This document shows, one piece after another, positions 1 through 8,701 of a DNA stretch of 28,876 nucleotides (position 1 is the stretch's first letter; each line of letters begins with the position of its first letter). The translations under genes and the position numbers were made by a program. This stretch comes from a virus (lineage: Duplodnaviria > Caudoviricetes). The notes beneath the pieces were generated by a model. It saw only the letters and a list, made by a program, of their open reading frames with translations. It made no database searches and had not been told where the DNA came from. Location: positions 1 through 28,876 of the IMG/VR virus record IMGVR_UViG_3300020382_000266; one strand, given 5' to 3'.

Positions 1-1
1 A

Positions 2-1390
2 TCATTGTTTAAATCCTTCAAAATTGTTTTCTCGTTTACCAAAAGCATTACTTGAACTATTTGGCATTGGGGTTTCTCCAGTCATCAAACCTTGTGCAGA
101 TTCTTCAACATCATATAGCTTCATCTTAGCTCTGTCAATACCGAGGATAAAACGTTTGTTATCATTTATATCGGAATAACGATTCTTTAATTGCTTTACC
201 ATAACTTGATTCAATGATTGTAATTCTTCATTACTCACTAAGGCAAACATTAAATCAGCCGTAGCTGGTAGGCCAAACGACTCTGAAGTATCCTCTAGAC
301 CGACATCGGTATTAGAGAAACCGCTTCTTGTTGTCTGTGTTGCAGTCAAGATTGGTACGTTATTCTCAACAGATAGACCACGTAATTCTTCTGCTATAGA
401 TTTGATTAAGGAGTATGTATTGACACTTCCACCCAAGCCATTCTTAATCCGTGAGGATGAACAAATGTTAATGTAGTCAATCATAATAATATCTGGCTTA
501 AACTTCTTCTTTAAGCTTAATTCAGCGATAAGTGCCCTAAAGTGTCCTGCGTGAGCAGAACCAGTAGGGTATTCTTTAATAATAAGATTACCATCAGTCT
601 TCTTAGAGATATTAGTCATCTTATTTGTGAATGATTCTTTTGTTAATGTTTCAATCTTATCAATAGGCACATTCATTAGGTTAGCATCAATACGTTCTGC
701 GATACGTTCCTCTGACATTTCCATAGTAATATACAGAACATTTTGACCTGCACTTAATGCAGCAGCGGCAACATGACACATGAACAACGACTTACCTGTA
801 CCAGTACCTGCCATAACAACAGATAATGATTTCTTTGGTAGACCACCCTTTGTAATAGAGTTAAACTTCTCTAAGTCAAATGGCATACGTTCTTCCGTAG
901 TATGATAAAATTCATAACGATCATCGATAGCACCGAAGTAGTCATGACCGATATTAGTATCGAATCCGACAGCTAGAGCTTTCTGCAATAAGTCTGGCAA
1001 TGCATCCTTACTAAGATTCTCATGCTTACCATCAATGATTGAAATAGATTCTATAATAGCTAAGTATATAGAACGGTCTTGGCACCACTTTTCAGTACTT
1101 TCTAGAAGCCAATCCACATCGGCATCTTTCTCTACTGAAGTAATATTGGATAATACCTTACCAGATTCAGTCAATTGCTGATCTGATATATCTGAGTTTT
1201 GCATTTCAATGGACAACGATTCGAATGTAGGCAAGTTATTATACTTACCCACAAACGATATAATCTCATTGAACACAGTCTTGAATGGACCCTCGAAGTA
1301 TTCACGTTTAAGGAAAGGAATAACCTTACGCATATAAACATCGTTACTAATAAGGTTACGTAATATCAATGACTGAATATCTGGATTCAT
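2..1390 (-). CDS. 41: Replicative DNA helicase (T4 gp41, DnaB-like)
   Basis: 462 aa; Walker A MAGTGTGKS, LYITMEMSEERIAERIDAN, IIKEYPT, IDYINI, ATQTTRSG, DTSESFGLPATAD and KQLKNRY are characteristic gp41 motifs; T4 synteny with uvsX. Confidence 0.97.
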   Translation of the reverse strand: MNPDIQSLILRNLISNDVYMRKVIPFLKREYFEGPFKTVFNEIISFVGKYNNLPTFESLSIEMQNSDISDQQLTESGKVLSNITSVEKDADVDWLLESTEKWCQDRSIYLAIIESISIIDGKHENLSKDALPDLLQKALAVGFDTNIGHDYFGAIDDRYEFYHTTEERMPFDLEKFNSITKGGLPKKSLSVVMAGTGTGKSLFMCHVAAAALSAGQNVLYITMEMSEERIAERIDANLMNVPIDKIETLTKESFTNKMTNISKKTDGNLIIKEYPTGSAHAGHFRALIAELSLKKKFKPDIIMIDYINICSSSRIKNGLGGSVNTYSLIKSIAEELRGLSVENNVPILTATQTTRSGFSNTDVGLEDTSESFGLPATADLMFALVSNEELQSLNQVMVKQLKNRYSDINDNKRFILGIDRAKMKLYDVEESAQGLMTGETPMPNSSSNAFGKRENNFEGFKQ

Positions 1391-1681
1391 TTAGGTCTTT
1401 TTCCCTTTATCACTTGCACTTTCTGCTTTATAATCAATTGCTTCAATCAAACATTCATGTAGAATATGACCTAACTCTTCTTCAAAGTCAGTATCATTAT
1501 GGAGATCCATATTACCCTCCATGATATGATAATCAAACTTTAAGGTGGCGTAATCGTCATCGGATTCAGTCACCTTAATTTCATTATAACGATAGATAGT
1601 ATCTATGTACTTACCTTCGGTGATGCGAACTGCGAAATGCTCGTCATCAGTCTTATCGTCAACTAGCTCATACTTCATCAT
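1391..1681 (-). CDS. Small acidic protein in the gp40 (head vertex assembly chaperone) position
   Basis: About 96 aa ORF between uvsX and gene 41, where T4 has gene 40; likely ATG at 1681 or 1678 overlapping the uvsX end. Function inferred mainly from synteny. Confidence 0.6.
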   Translation of the reverse strand: MMKYELVDDKTDDEHFAVRITEGKYIDTIYRYNEIKVTESDDDYATLKFDYHIMEGNMDLHNDTDFEEELGHILHECLIEAIDYKAESASDKGKKT

Positions 1682-2741
1682 TATATTCAATCTCCGGCAC
1701 ATTGTCTAAGAAGTCTTCGCCTAGCTCAGCTTTACGATCAACCGAGTATTGATTCTTAATAAATTCGCCGAAGTCAGTATCTTTAAAGATTGGATCCCAG
1801 AATTCTGCACATGATGTATCTTTAGCACGTCGGTTAACGCCAACGACTTCACCCGTAGACTTATCAACTAATGCATACCAGCCATTCTTAGGTTTAATAA
1901 CATAACCACCAGCAAGAGCAACATCAAGTAATCCTGAGTACTTTTCAATACCGCCTTCCCATGATACTGAGATAGGAATCTTTGATTTCTCTTTAACAAA
2001 TCGTGACTTCTCGATATTAACAACAAAGTCATATCCAGTAATCTCTGTGCCAGTTTTAGTTTGGCGACGGCCGATAATCCATATGTTATCTGCTGAGTAA
2101 TAGATACCAGTGCCACCTGATACAATTGCCTTTGGAAACAAACCGATTTCTTGGTAGGTATGATTGACAGCAAGTAAAGGAATATTCTTCATTGCAAGGA
2201 ATGGTGTGGTCATACGGAATAAACCCTTAAGAGCTTTTGCTCGAGTCATATCTGCAACAGACTTTTCATTTAATGCATCATCTAATTCTTTCTTACTTGC
2301 AAGGTTACCAATAGAATCTATTACAACAATGACTTTGTCATCTCGAGTAATTTCTTCTAATTGATTAATAAGATCAAACTTTAGTTCTTCGACATTGGCA
2401 ACAGGTGTATGCAATACACGTGAAGTATCAATACCAAAGTTTTCAAAGTATGATTGTGGTGAGCCAAACTCTGAATCATAGAACAACATTACAGCATCGG
2501 AATACTTATTAAGATAGGCTGCAGCAATTTTCAATGCAAAGCTTGTCTTAAAATGCTTAGATGGACCTGCCAGAACCGTAAGGCCTGGAACTAATCCGCC
2601 ATCTAAACTTCCAGATAGTGCTACGTTAATCATAGGAACATCAGTTTGAATGACGTCCTTCTCCGAGAAAAAGATTGACTCAGAGAGGACCGCAGTATGT
2701 TTTAGCCTCGAGTTCTTTTTTAATTTATTCATTATTGACAT
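1668..2741 (-). CDS. uvsX: RecA-like recombinase UvsX
   Basis: AGPSKHFKT P-loop, FYDSEFG, IDSIGNLASKKE, DMTRAK and GGTGIYYSAD match T4 UvsX. Confidence 0.97.
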   Translation of the reverse strand: MSIMNKLKKNSRLKHTAVLSESIFFSEKDVIQTDVPMINVALSGSLDGGLVPGLTVLAGPSKHFKTSFALKIAAAYLNKYSDAVMLFYDSEFGSPQSYFENFGIDTSRVLHTPVANVEELKFDLINQLEEITRDDKVIVVIDSIGNLASKKELDDALNEKSVADMTRAKALKGLFRMTTPFLAMKNIPLLAVNHTYQEIGLFPKAIVSGGTGIYYSADNIWIIGRRQTKTGTEITGYDFVVNIEKSRFVKEKSKIPISVSWEGGIEKYSGLLDVALAGGYVIKPKNGWYALVDKSTGEVVGVNRRAKDTSCAEFWDPIFKDTDFGEFIKNQYSVDRKAELGEDFLDNVPEIEYNDEV

Positions 2742-2779
2742 AATATAATACTCCTAGTATTTCCTGATTGATAAGACCT

Positions 2780-2808
2780 ATTATACACTGTTTGGGCAGT
2801 AATGTACA
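2780..2808 (-). promoter_or_regulatory. Early-type promoter TGTACA-N17-TATAAT upstream of uvsX
   Basis: Minus strand TGTACA (2808-2803), 17-nt spacer, TATAAT (2785-2780); one of 11 copies in the window. Confidence 0.85.
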
Positions 2809-2855
2809 TACATATTATCATTATTTTTCCTGTGTTTTTTATTAGTATGCATCTA

Positions 2856-3881
2856 TTATAACATGAATGCATCCAATTGTAAACCTTTTTCTGGCGGCTT
2901 TCCTTGCCTTTGATCCCATCCGGATACCCATCCTGAACCATTCGATAATGCAGATGATACATGATCAAATGTTCCATTGCCACGTGGTACATAATTCTGA
3001 CCAAATCTAACAAAATCACACATAACATCCTCTAAATCTTTTGCCTTACCACCTGTACGTTCAACCAGTAAGTCCATAAAGTCATCCGCCTTCCATCCTG
3101 ATGATAATCGTTTCATGCATCTTACTGCATTATTACCTAAATAAGTATGTGAATCCACATCAACATATTCAGGAAAGTAGTCAGAGCAATCCATTGAGAA
3201 TGCTGCATATACAAAGTTAAACTTCCTATGACCTACTTCAGCATTGTATCCATTAAGGTAGTCTACAATATCCTTATGCCCACGAGTTTCTAGTATAAGC
3301 CATTTATGAAAACGGTCAATGAGTGGTGGAAGTTCGATTGACATATAGTCTACGTTTGATGTGCCTTTCTTTGGAGCAGGTGGTTGGTTACCAATAGAGG
3401 TAAACATTGGAACACCACGTGACTTGGTTTCAACCATGTTTGCAGCCATCTCTTCGATAGTCTTATACTTACCCCAATGCTGAACCACGTTATTACGATA
3501 ACCATGATCATTCTCAAATGATGCACCCGATCCCATAATACGATGACATAAAAATACATATAACCATGTTTTCATATCCCAATCGATACTATCATTAGAT
3601 GCATTTAATTCACGACGTTGCTCGTTATGCCATCTTGACTTAGGAGTCTTTGAACCGAACCATAAGTCCTGTGGTACATTAGAGAATCCTGCAGCATTAC
3701 GAGTGTAACAGTCATAAATGTCTATGGTCTGCATGAGCGGATCATTAACAGCAACATCAGCCTCATCACAAAAGTAATCAGAATCTCCCCAGTTAACGTT
3801 ATCCTGTAACCATTTTGCCCTAGGATAATAGTAGTTAGAGAATACGTCTATTGCTTCTTCGTTAAGCCACGGTTGTTTCAT
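2856..3881 (-). CDS. aGPT-Pplase / HhH-glycosylase-like DNA base-modifying enzyme (5hmdU-DNA kinase helical domain / amino acid:DNA transferase superfamily), divergent
   Basis: Motif order N-terminal DPLM...Y..Y.R, central F.YAAFSMD..DYFP...D...YLGNNAVRCMKRL and C-terminal DLEDVMCDFVRF parallels the DPIL..F.N..R / F...Q...D / GPG / E..LCE..K pattern of this superfamily. Likely start ATG 3881 with a GGAG RBS. Clade not determinable by eye. Confidence 0.62.
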   Translation of the reverse strand: MKQPWLNEEAIDVFSNYYYPRAKWLQDNVNWGDSDYFCDEADVAVNDPLMQTIDIYDCYTRNAAGFSNVPQDLWFGSKTPKSRWHNEQRRELNASNDSIDWDMKTWLYVFLCHRIMGSGASFENDHGYRNNVVQHWGKYKTIEEMAANMVETKSRGVPMFTSIGNQPPAPKKGTSNVDYMSIELPPLIDRFHKWLILETRGHKDIVDYLNGYNAEVGHRKFNFVYAAFSMDCSDYFPEYVDVDSHTYLGNNAVRCMKRLSSGWKADDFMDLLVERTGGKAKDLEDVMCDFVRFGQNYVPRGNGTFDHVSSALSNGSGWVSGWDQRQGKPPEKGLQLDAFML

Positions 3882-4761
3882 TTTTACTCCAGTCTCTGTA
3901 TGAATCGATTCTATCGTATATAGAATCATCTAGTAGTTCAGGCTCACCGCCAACGTTCCAGAATAGAATATCTTTATCACTATTCTTAGGTATGTACTTC
4001 CACACTTTACCATCGTATGTTGCAATATTAGGAAATGGTGGAAGGTTGTGTGTCTTCTCGGATGCTTGAAAGGCAAGTGGTTCTGATATAGGTTCTGCTA
4101 CACCTAACTCGCCAGCCTTCATATTACGTGACACACATACAGAAGTAAACTTTGCATTAGGCCATGCTATTTGAAGTGATCGTGTGAGTACACCTGTTGA
4201 TGTTGCAAGGTATACTTCATCAGGCTCTTTAATCCTCGATGCAACCTTAACGAAACCAGCAGTAACTAATTCATGCTTCAATCCAAGAGGAACAAAGAAT
4301 GCATTAGGATGTCTGTCTGCCCATTTCTTTGCAATAAGATTTAGGTTAGGCATCGCTGCAATACGATAGAAGTCATAGTCACATCCACGTTCAATACAGC
4401 AAGCCTGATGTACCGATATCTTCTTTGAAGATGGCATGAATAGTTTAACCTTCTTACCATGACGTTTTGCCACATCAAGAAGCGAAACACCAGCCAGACC
4501 AGTACGTGGTTGTACATAGACGATGGTGTCAATGTGTTCGGGTAGTGTTGATATAAGACAATCGCCACCTCGCACTTTACTTCCTACAAGATCATCGTCA
4601 CGGACTACTCTAATACCTTCGTGCGTAGTAATACGTGGTGCTGGATTAGGATCTTCCCAATCACGTGCTAGATCTAAATAATATTCTAATGCGGCTGACA
4701 TTCCATATAAAGGTGAAACGTCTTTATTGAACCCGTCAGTTACGTGATTATTATGAGCCAA
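3862..4761 (-). CDS. PLP-dependent enzyme, fold type II (cysteine synthase/threonine dehydratase-like), phage DNA-hypermodification type
   Basis: VRDDDLVGSKVRG contains the PLP lysine; PDEVYLATSTGVLTRSL resembles the phosphate-binding loop; YDGKVW and LFWNVG at the C-terminus. TTG start overlapping the upstream gene. Confidence 0.85.
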   Translation of the reverse strand: MAHNNHVTDGFNKDVSPLYGMSAALEYYLDLARDWEDPNPAPRITTHEGIRVVRDDDLVGSKVRGGDCLISTLPEHIDTIVYVQPRTGLAGVSLLDVAKRHGKKVKLFMPSSKKISVHQACCIERGCDYDFYRIAAMPNLNLIAKKWADRHPNAFFVPLGLKHELVTAGFVKVASRIKEPDEVYLATSTGVLTRSLQIAWPNAKFTSVCVSRNMKAGELGVAEPISEPLAFQASEKTHNLPPFPNIATYDGKVWKYIPKNSDKDILFWNVGGEPELLDDSIYDRIDSYRDWSKNETTVA

Positions 4762-5722
4762 AAGAACTTACTCCCCAATCGTTATGCCTATAAAATGGTG
4801 GAGCAATATGGAAAGAAGATCCATGCTCCATAAAGGTATTGGCGTATGTTTTAGAATCCATAGTGTACCAGTCAGAAGGTGGCATAATAACTCTACCACC
4901 ACCCGACCTTGTATCAAGCTCGTCAATGAATCTATTAGTTAGTTCACGACGTTCATATTCCGTACCATAAAATGCAGTCTTCTTATAGTATCCGGTCTTA
5001 GGTATACGTCTATCTTCGAACTCAACAGGAACTGGCGCTGCATAATACACATCAGCATCAATTGCTTCTCCTTGCGATACGTATTCATTAATAAAATGCT
5101 TTAGATTGAAATCCTCATGGCGTAGGATGTGATGACGTATGTCAATAGAACCTAAAGAAAACGTGATACGCTTATGGCGCTTTGGTGCACCTCTGAACAT
5201 GTCCTTTAGACCATGTTTCATTGCACCATGTAATGTCTTACCATCATTGCGTAGAACCATATCACCAGGAGCAGCGAATGCAATTGTATGTGAATCACCT
5301 ACAGTGATACCGTCCGTGATTAGATCTTCCTGCTTTAATGATTTAACCGTGGACAATCGCTTGCTGACTGCATCACACCATTCCTCGGTGATACCTTCAA
5401 ACGTAGTCTTTGCACCAATACGAGGCTTTAACATAACGCCATAGTCAGGCATATCATGATCAAGCGATATAATATTCCTACATGATAAGACGATATTAAT
5501 ACGATCATATACTTCTTGAGCAGCGCCACCAAATAGATTTAGTGTACCGCCAAAGTTTGCTCCATGGTCGATATAAACAGTCTCTGCTAGTTTAATCTTT
5601 GATGTGCATTTATGATCAATAGACGCATCTAACTGATGCTTCCATACCTGTGCCCATCCGTGTGTATGGGACTTAATATTGATAGGAATATTGCTAATCG
5701 GATTCGTAATCACAGAAGACAT
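4751..5722 (-). CDS. Protein with C-terminal SGNH/GDSL-like hydrolase/acyltransferase domain and an unassigned N-terminal domain
   Basis: Block I ITVGDSH, block II G (DGKTL), block III-like FSLGSIDIRHH and a C-terminal SSFHI His, in SGNH order; residues 1-130 not recognised. Confidence 0.6.
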   Translation of the reverse strand: MSSVITNPISNIPINIKSHTHGWAQVWKHQLDASIDHKCTSKIKLAETVYIDHGANFGGTLNLFGGAAQEVYDRINIVLSCRNIISLDHDMPDYGVMLKPRIGAKTTFEGITEEWCDAVSKRLSTVKSLKQEDLITDGITVGDSHTIAFAAPGDMVLRNDGKTLHGAMKHGLKDMFRGAPKRHKRITFSLGSIDIRHHILRHEDFNLKHFINEYVSQGEAIDADVYYAAPVPVEFEDRRIPKTGYYKKTAFYGTEYERRELTNRFIDELDTRSGGGRVIMPPSDWYTMDSKTYANTFMEHGSSFHIAPPFYRHNDWGVSSFGS

Positions 5723-6176
5723 ATTTTACTCCAGCTTCTTCAAACATAGTTTTACTTAATTCCCATGAGGCAACCCATTGCTCAGGAATTTCAGTTGGCA
5801 TAGGCATTATAACACGCTTTATACCTACTTGTACAATACCTTTTGCGCAGTCGCTACAAATAGGTAGTCCATAGACATATAGATCAGCACCATCGAGTGA
5901 TACACCGTTATACGACGCGTTATATATAACATTCATTTCGGCATGAACAACAAACTTATATTTGAGCTCGCGGTTATTATAACGTTCTACTGAATCAGTT
6001 ATTCCACGAGGGAAGCCATTAAATCCTTGTGCTAGGATCTGACCCTTATCTCCAATAGCAACTGCACCTATTTTACGAGAAGGATCTTTTGACCACTCTG
6101 AAACTGATTTTGCGAGGTCTATATACCTGCGAGTCCATTTGTTATTTGACAAGGTCGAAATGCCTAGAATATACAT
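5694..6176 (-). CDS. cd: dCMP deaminase
   Basis: SKDPSRKIGAV, GFNGFPRG, HAEMN and PICSDC zinc ligands; true start may be TTG at 6152. Confidence 0.93.
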   Translation of the reverse strand: MYILGISTLSNNKWTRRYIDLAKSVSEWSKDPSRKIGAVAIGDKGQILAQGFNGFPRGITDSVERYNNRELKYKFVVHAEMNVIYNASYNGVSLDGADLYVYGLPICSDCAKGIVQVGIKRVIMPMPTEIPEQWVASWELSKTMFEEAGVKYVFCDYESD

Positions 6177-6828
6177 GAAGGTTTTGTACCTGCCATGTTA
6201 TAGTGCCAACCTCAATAGATCCTTGTAGCATTGCGAAACTGTCTTTATTCCAATCTATAACCATATTTTTTAATACATACATCTGCCATGCCCAATCATT
6301 CTTATATCCGAAGACAACATCATTAGAACGCATTTGAACAACTGCGTTTAGCTTACCATCACGAACATAATATGTCACAGCGTTAGTGCATATAAAATCT
6401 GACATACCGCCTTTGTTAAACTCACGCCATATACTTGGACGAGTATAAACCATAGTAGCACGACGACTATCAGGGTTATTTAATAACTCACCTAAAGCAT
6501 GATTATATTGATTGTGATATTCACTGTCAAAGATTAACTTACCATAGTTACTATTAATATTGCCATACTTATCTGCAGCACCGACCCATGCTTCTGGAGC
6601 CTTTACGAACTCTTTACCATAAATGTCATTAACGTTAGTTGATCCGGATTGATACCATTTAATCTCTTTATCGATATACTGTTTGTTTGGTACACCGAAT
6701 ATAGATTGTTCATCAGCAATAAAAGATGCACCGATAAGCTCAATAGTTTCTTGGCCAGATTTATCTTTAGTGAAGTTCTTATTCTTTAGTTCTTCAATAA
6801 AGTATTTGCGTATGTCTGAAACATTCAT
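6142..6828 (-). CDS. 42: dCMP hydroxymethylase (T4 gp42 homolog)
   Basis: Collinear with T4 gp42 as I recall it: TIELIGASFIADE, GNINSNYG, NPDSRR...YTRPS, GMSDFICTN (catalytic Cys), MRSNDVVFGYKND (Asp at the cytosine-specificity position, T4 D179) and LHVYSRHF. Confidence 0.93.
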   Translation of the reverse strand: MNVSDIRKYFIEELKNKNFTKDKSGQETIELIGASFIADEQSIFGVPNKQYIDKEIKWYQSGSTNVNDIYGKEFVKAPEAWVGAADKYGNINSNYGKLIFDSEYHNQYNHALGELLNNPDSRRATMVYTRPSIWREFNKGGMSDFICTNAVTYYVRDGKLNAVVQMRSNDVVFGYKNDWAWQMYVLKNMVIDWNKDSFAMLQGSIEVGTITWQVQNLHVYSRHFDLVK

Positions 6829-6839
6829 TATATTATTCC

Positions 6840-7151
6840 TTAGAATGGTGGATAGCGATCATCCATATTAGCATGACCGTCATGGGTATGCATCATAAGG
6901 ATAATTAATTGAGTGGCTGCATGAGCTAGATGACGTTGCATTGATTCTGGATCAAAGTCTTCACCTTGCCAATATGAATTTAGATGACGTTGAACAGACG
7001 CGTAGGTACGTGAATGAGGTGTGGTATTACCATCATCACGCCAGTTGTTGCGACCGTACTTCTCAGCACCGAACATCAATACACGAGAGATTTCAGCTAG
7101 AGCTTCTGGTGGCATTAAGGATAGATCAGTCTTACCTTCATCGTATTTCAT
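6840..7151 (-). CDS. dATP/dGTP diphosphohydrolase-family protein (DUF5664/DUF550-like all-alpha dNTPase)
   Basis: KYDEGK..LSLMP, FGAEKYGRNNW, RHL..Y.QGEDFDPES...HLAHAA signature. Confidence 0.85.
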   Translation of the reverse strand: MKYDEGKTDLSLMPPEALAEISRVLMFGAEKYGRNNWRDDGNTTPHSRTYASVQRHLNSYWQGEDFDPESMQRHLAHAATQLIILMMHTHDGHANMDDRYPPF

Positions 7152-7182
7152 ACAAATTCCTGTTTAATAAATTTATGGTACT

Positions 7183-7211
7183 ATTATACCACAAACGGAC
7201 GCAAATGTACA
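7183..7211 (-). promoter_or_regulatory. Early-type promoter driving the dNTPase-gp42-cd-SGNH-PLP-aGPT operon
   Basis: TGTACA (7211-7206)-N17-TATAAT (7188-7183) with extended -10 TG. Confidence 0.88.
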
Positions 7212-7220
7212 CACTTATTT

Positions 7221-7754
7221 TTAAAAGATTATGCATTGATTCTTACCTTTGGCTGCATAGTGATCATAGTATAAACCTGTACTATATTTTGAATCGCGAG
7301 TGTACTTACGGAAAGTCAAAGGTTCTATAATCAATCTAGGTCTTACTAGATAATGATCAGTAAACTTCTCATAAGATGCAGTCACTATATAATCAAAAGC
7401 TTTGGCTTCAATTGAATTATGTAATGTATTCACTGCAGTTTGATAAAACGAATACCATATTTCTTTATGGCGTTTAACTTCTATCTTATGGCCAAATTTA
7501 GACATCACATCCCACCCATAGGTAGATCTATCTGTTACATCAAACTCTTGAGTATTCAATTCACCACACAATGATGCTACACCTTCTTCGCATACGACAC
7601 CACCGAGTGTGTCCCAATATACTTTATTCCAATCACGACCTTTTCGTGATTTTATATTATCGTAAATACCTTCAGCCATCCACAAAGCGCGGTCTTCAGT
7701 TTTATTAATTGATACTTTAACTGGATTCTTAAATAACTCAACATACTCTTTCAT
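7221..7754 (-). CDS. denB: DenB (endonuclease IV)-like PD-(D/E)xK nuclease
   Basis: EFDVTDRSTYGWDVMSKFGHKIEVKRH matches T4 DenB QEDVDDPYTYAWDVL...GLRVEVKTH as recalled; C-terminal RKYTRDSKY resembles DenB RKVVRKSNY; similar length. Likely start ATG 7754. Confidence 0.75.
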   Translation of the reverse strand: MKEYVELFKNPVKVSINKTEDRALWMAEGIYDNIKSRKGRDWNKVYWDTLGGVVCEEGVASLCGELNTQEFDVTDRSTYGWDVMSKFGHKIEVKRHKEIWYSFYQTAVNTLHNSIEAKAFDYIVTASYEKFTDHYLVRPRLIIEPLTFRKYTRDSKYSTGLYYDHYAAKGKNQCIIF

Positions 7755-7755
7755 A

Positions 7756-8700
7756 TTAAACGTTCCTATAGACGTACTCAATTGCTCGATCTGCCTCGTG
7801 TTCTATTGGACGGCTTTCATACCAGTTTCCAGTGTCACGGTCGATCTCCTTACACAATATACTGATTTCAGATGAGGTTATTGGATAGCCCTTTGCAACT
7901 GCACGATATGCTATAGCAACCATCATCTGATACATTTTACGGTACCAGCCAGTCTCTGAAATTGACATATATTCGTTAATTATTTTCTTTGATATAAATG
8001 GACAATTATGATATGATGACCACGAATAATTTGTATTATCAGAAGAATCTTTTCTATGCTGTACAATAATAGTTTGCATGGATTCTGGCAGACGATCAAA
8101 GAATGATCCGCCATAAGTTCTCTGTAGACCACCTACAAAGGTATGCTTATCCATTAATACTGCCGGATCTAACACCTCTCCATCATTATGGATAAAGAAG
8201 TTATATGCATCTGGATAATCAGCAGGCACATAGAACATACGTGATATATCCTTTGTTTGTGCATCTGCCACTTCACCGAACTCAATGTTAGTTGCATACC
8301 AGAAGTGTCTAAATTCATCCTTGCCGACAGCACGAGTAAGATTTAATACCATACGGCATTTAGGCTTATCTTCACTTGACGACGGCGTGGAGTAACAGAC
8401 ATATTCATACTTAGAATACTTCTGTAACAACTGGTCAAATGTACCTTCATAGTCATCAATATCAAGTGCAGCCCATCCTGCCCAGCTTGTAGCGTTGTGC
8501 ATAGAACGAGTTGTGCCAGATTCATAAACCGCTGGAGAAATGAGTGATGAACCTTTAGCTCTTTCATCTTTCTTTGGCTTATAACCTGGCTGAGTTGATA
8601 ACCTTTTAAGTAAAGTAACAAATTCAACCCATGTATCAAACGTCAGTACCTTGTCGGTCTTATTGTCGTATATTGAATTGAATATTGTTACTTGGTACAT
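7756..8700 (-). CDS. Archaeo-eukaryotic primase (prim-pol)-like protein
   Basis: AALDIDD (DxD), YSTPSS...KPKCRMVL and D.QTKDISRMFYVP motifs plus a helical C-terminal domain. Confidence 0.75.
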   Translation of the reverse strand: MYQVTIFNSIYDNKTDKVLTFDTWVEFVTLLKRLSTQPGYKPKKDERAKGSSLISPAVYESGTTRSMHNATSWAGWAALDIDDYEGTFDQLLQKYSKYEYVCYSTPSSSEDKPKCRMVLNLTRAVGKDEFRHFWYATNIEFGEVADAQTKDISRMFYVPADYPDAYNFFIHNDGEVLDPAVLMDKHTFVGGLQRTYGGSFFDRLPESMQTIIVQHRKDSSDNTNYSWSSYHNCPFISKKIINEYMSISETGWYRKMYQMMVAIAYRAVAKGYPITSSEISILCKEIDRDTGNWYESRPIEHEADRAIEYVYRNV

Positions 8701-8701
8701 T

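Noticed and set aside
5694-6828. 5hmdU (thymine-replacement) pathway, suggested by dCMP deaminase plus a thymidylate-synthase-fold gene plus PLP/aGPT enzymes
   Set aside because: The TS-fold protein is collinear with T4 gp42 and has Asp, not Asn, at the specificity site; a DenB-like gene is adjacent; T4 itself also has a dCMP deaminase. Disfavoured but not excluded without an assay.
6840-7151. Z-genome (2-aminoadenine) or 7-deazaguanine system implied by the dATP/dGTP diphosphohydrolase
   Set aside because: No purZ, queCDE/folE or dpdA genes in the window, and this family is widespread.
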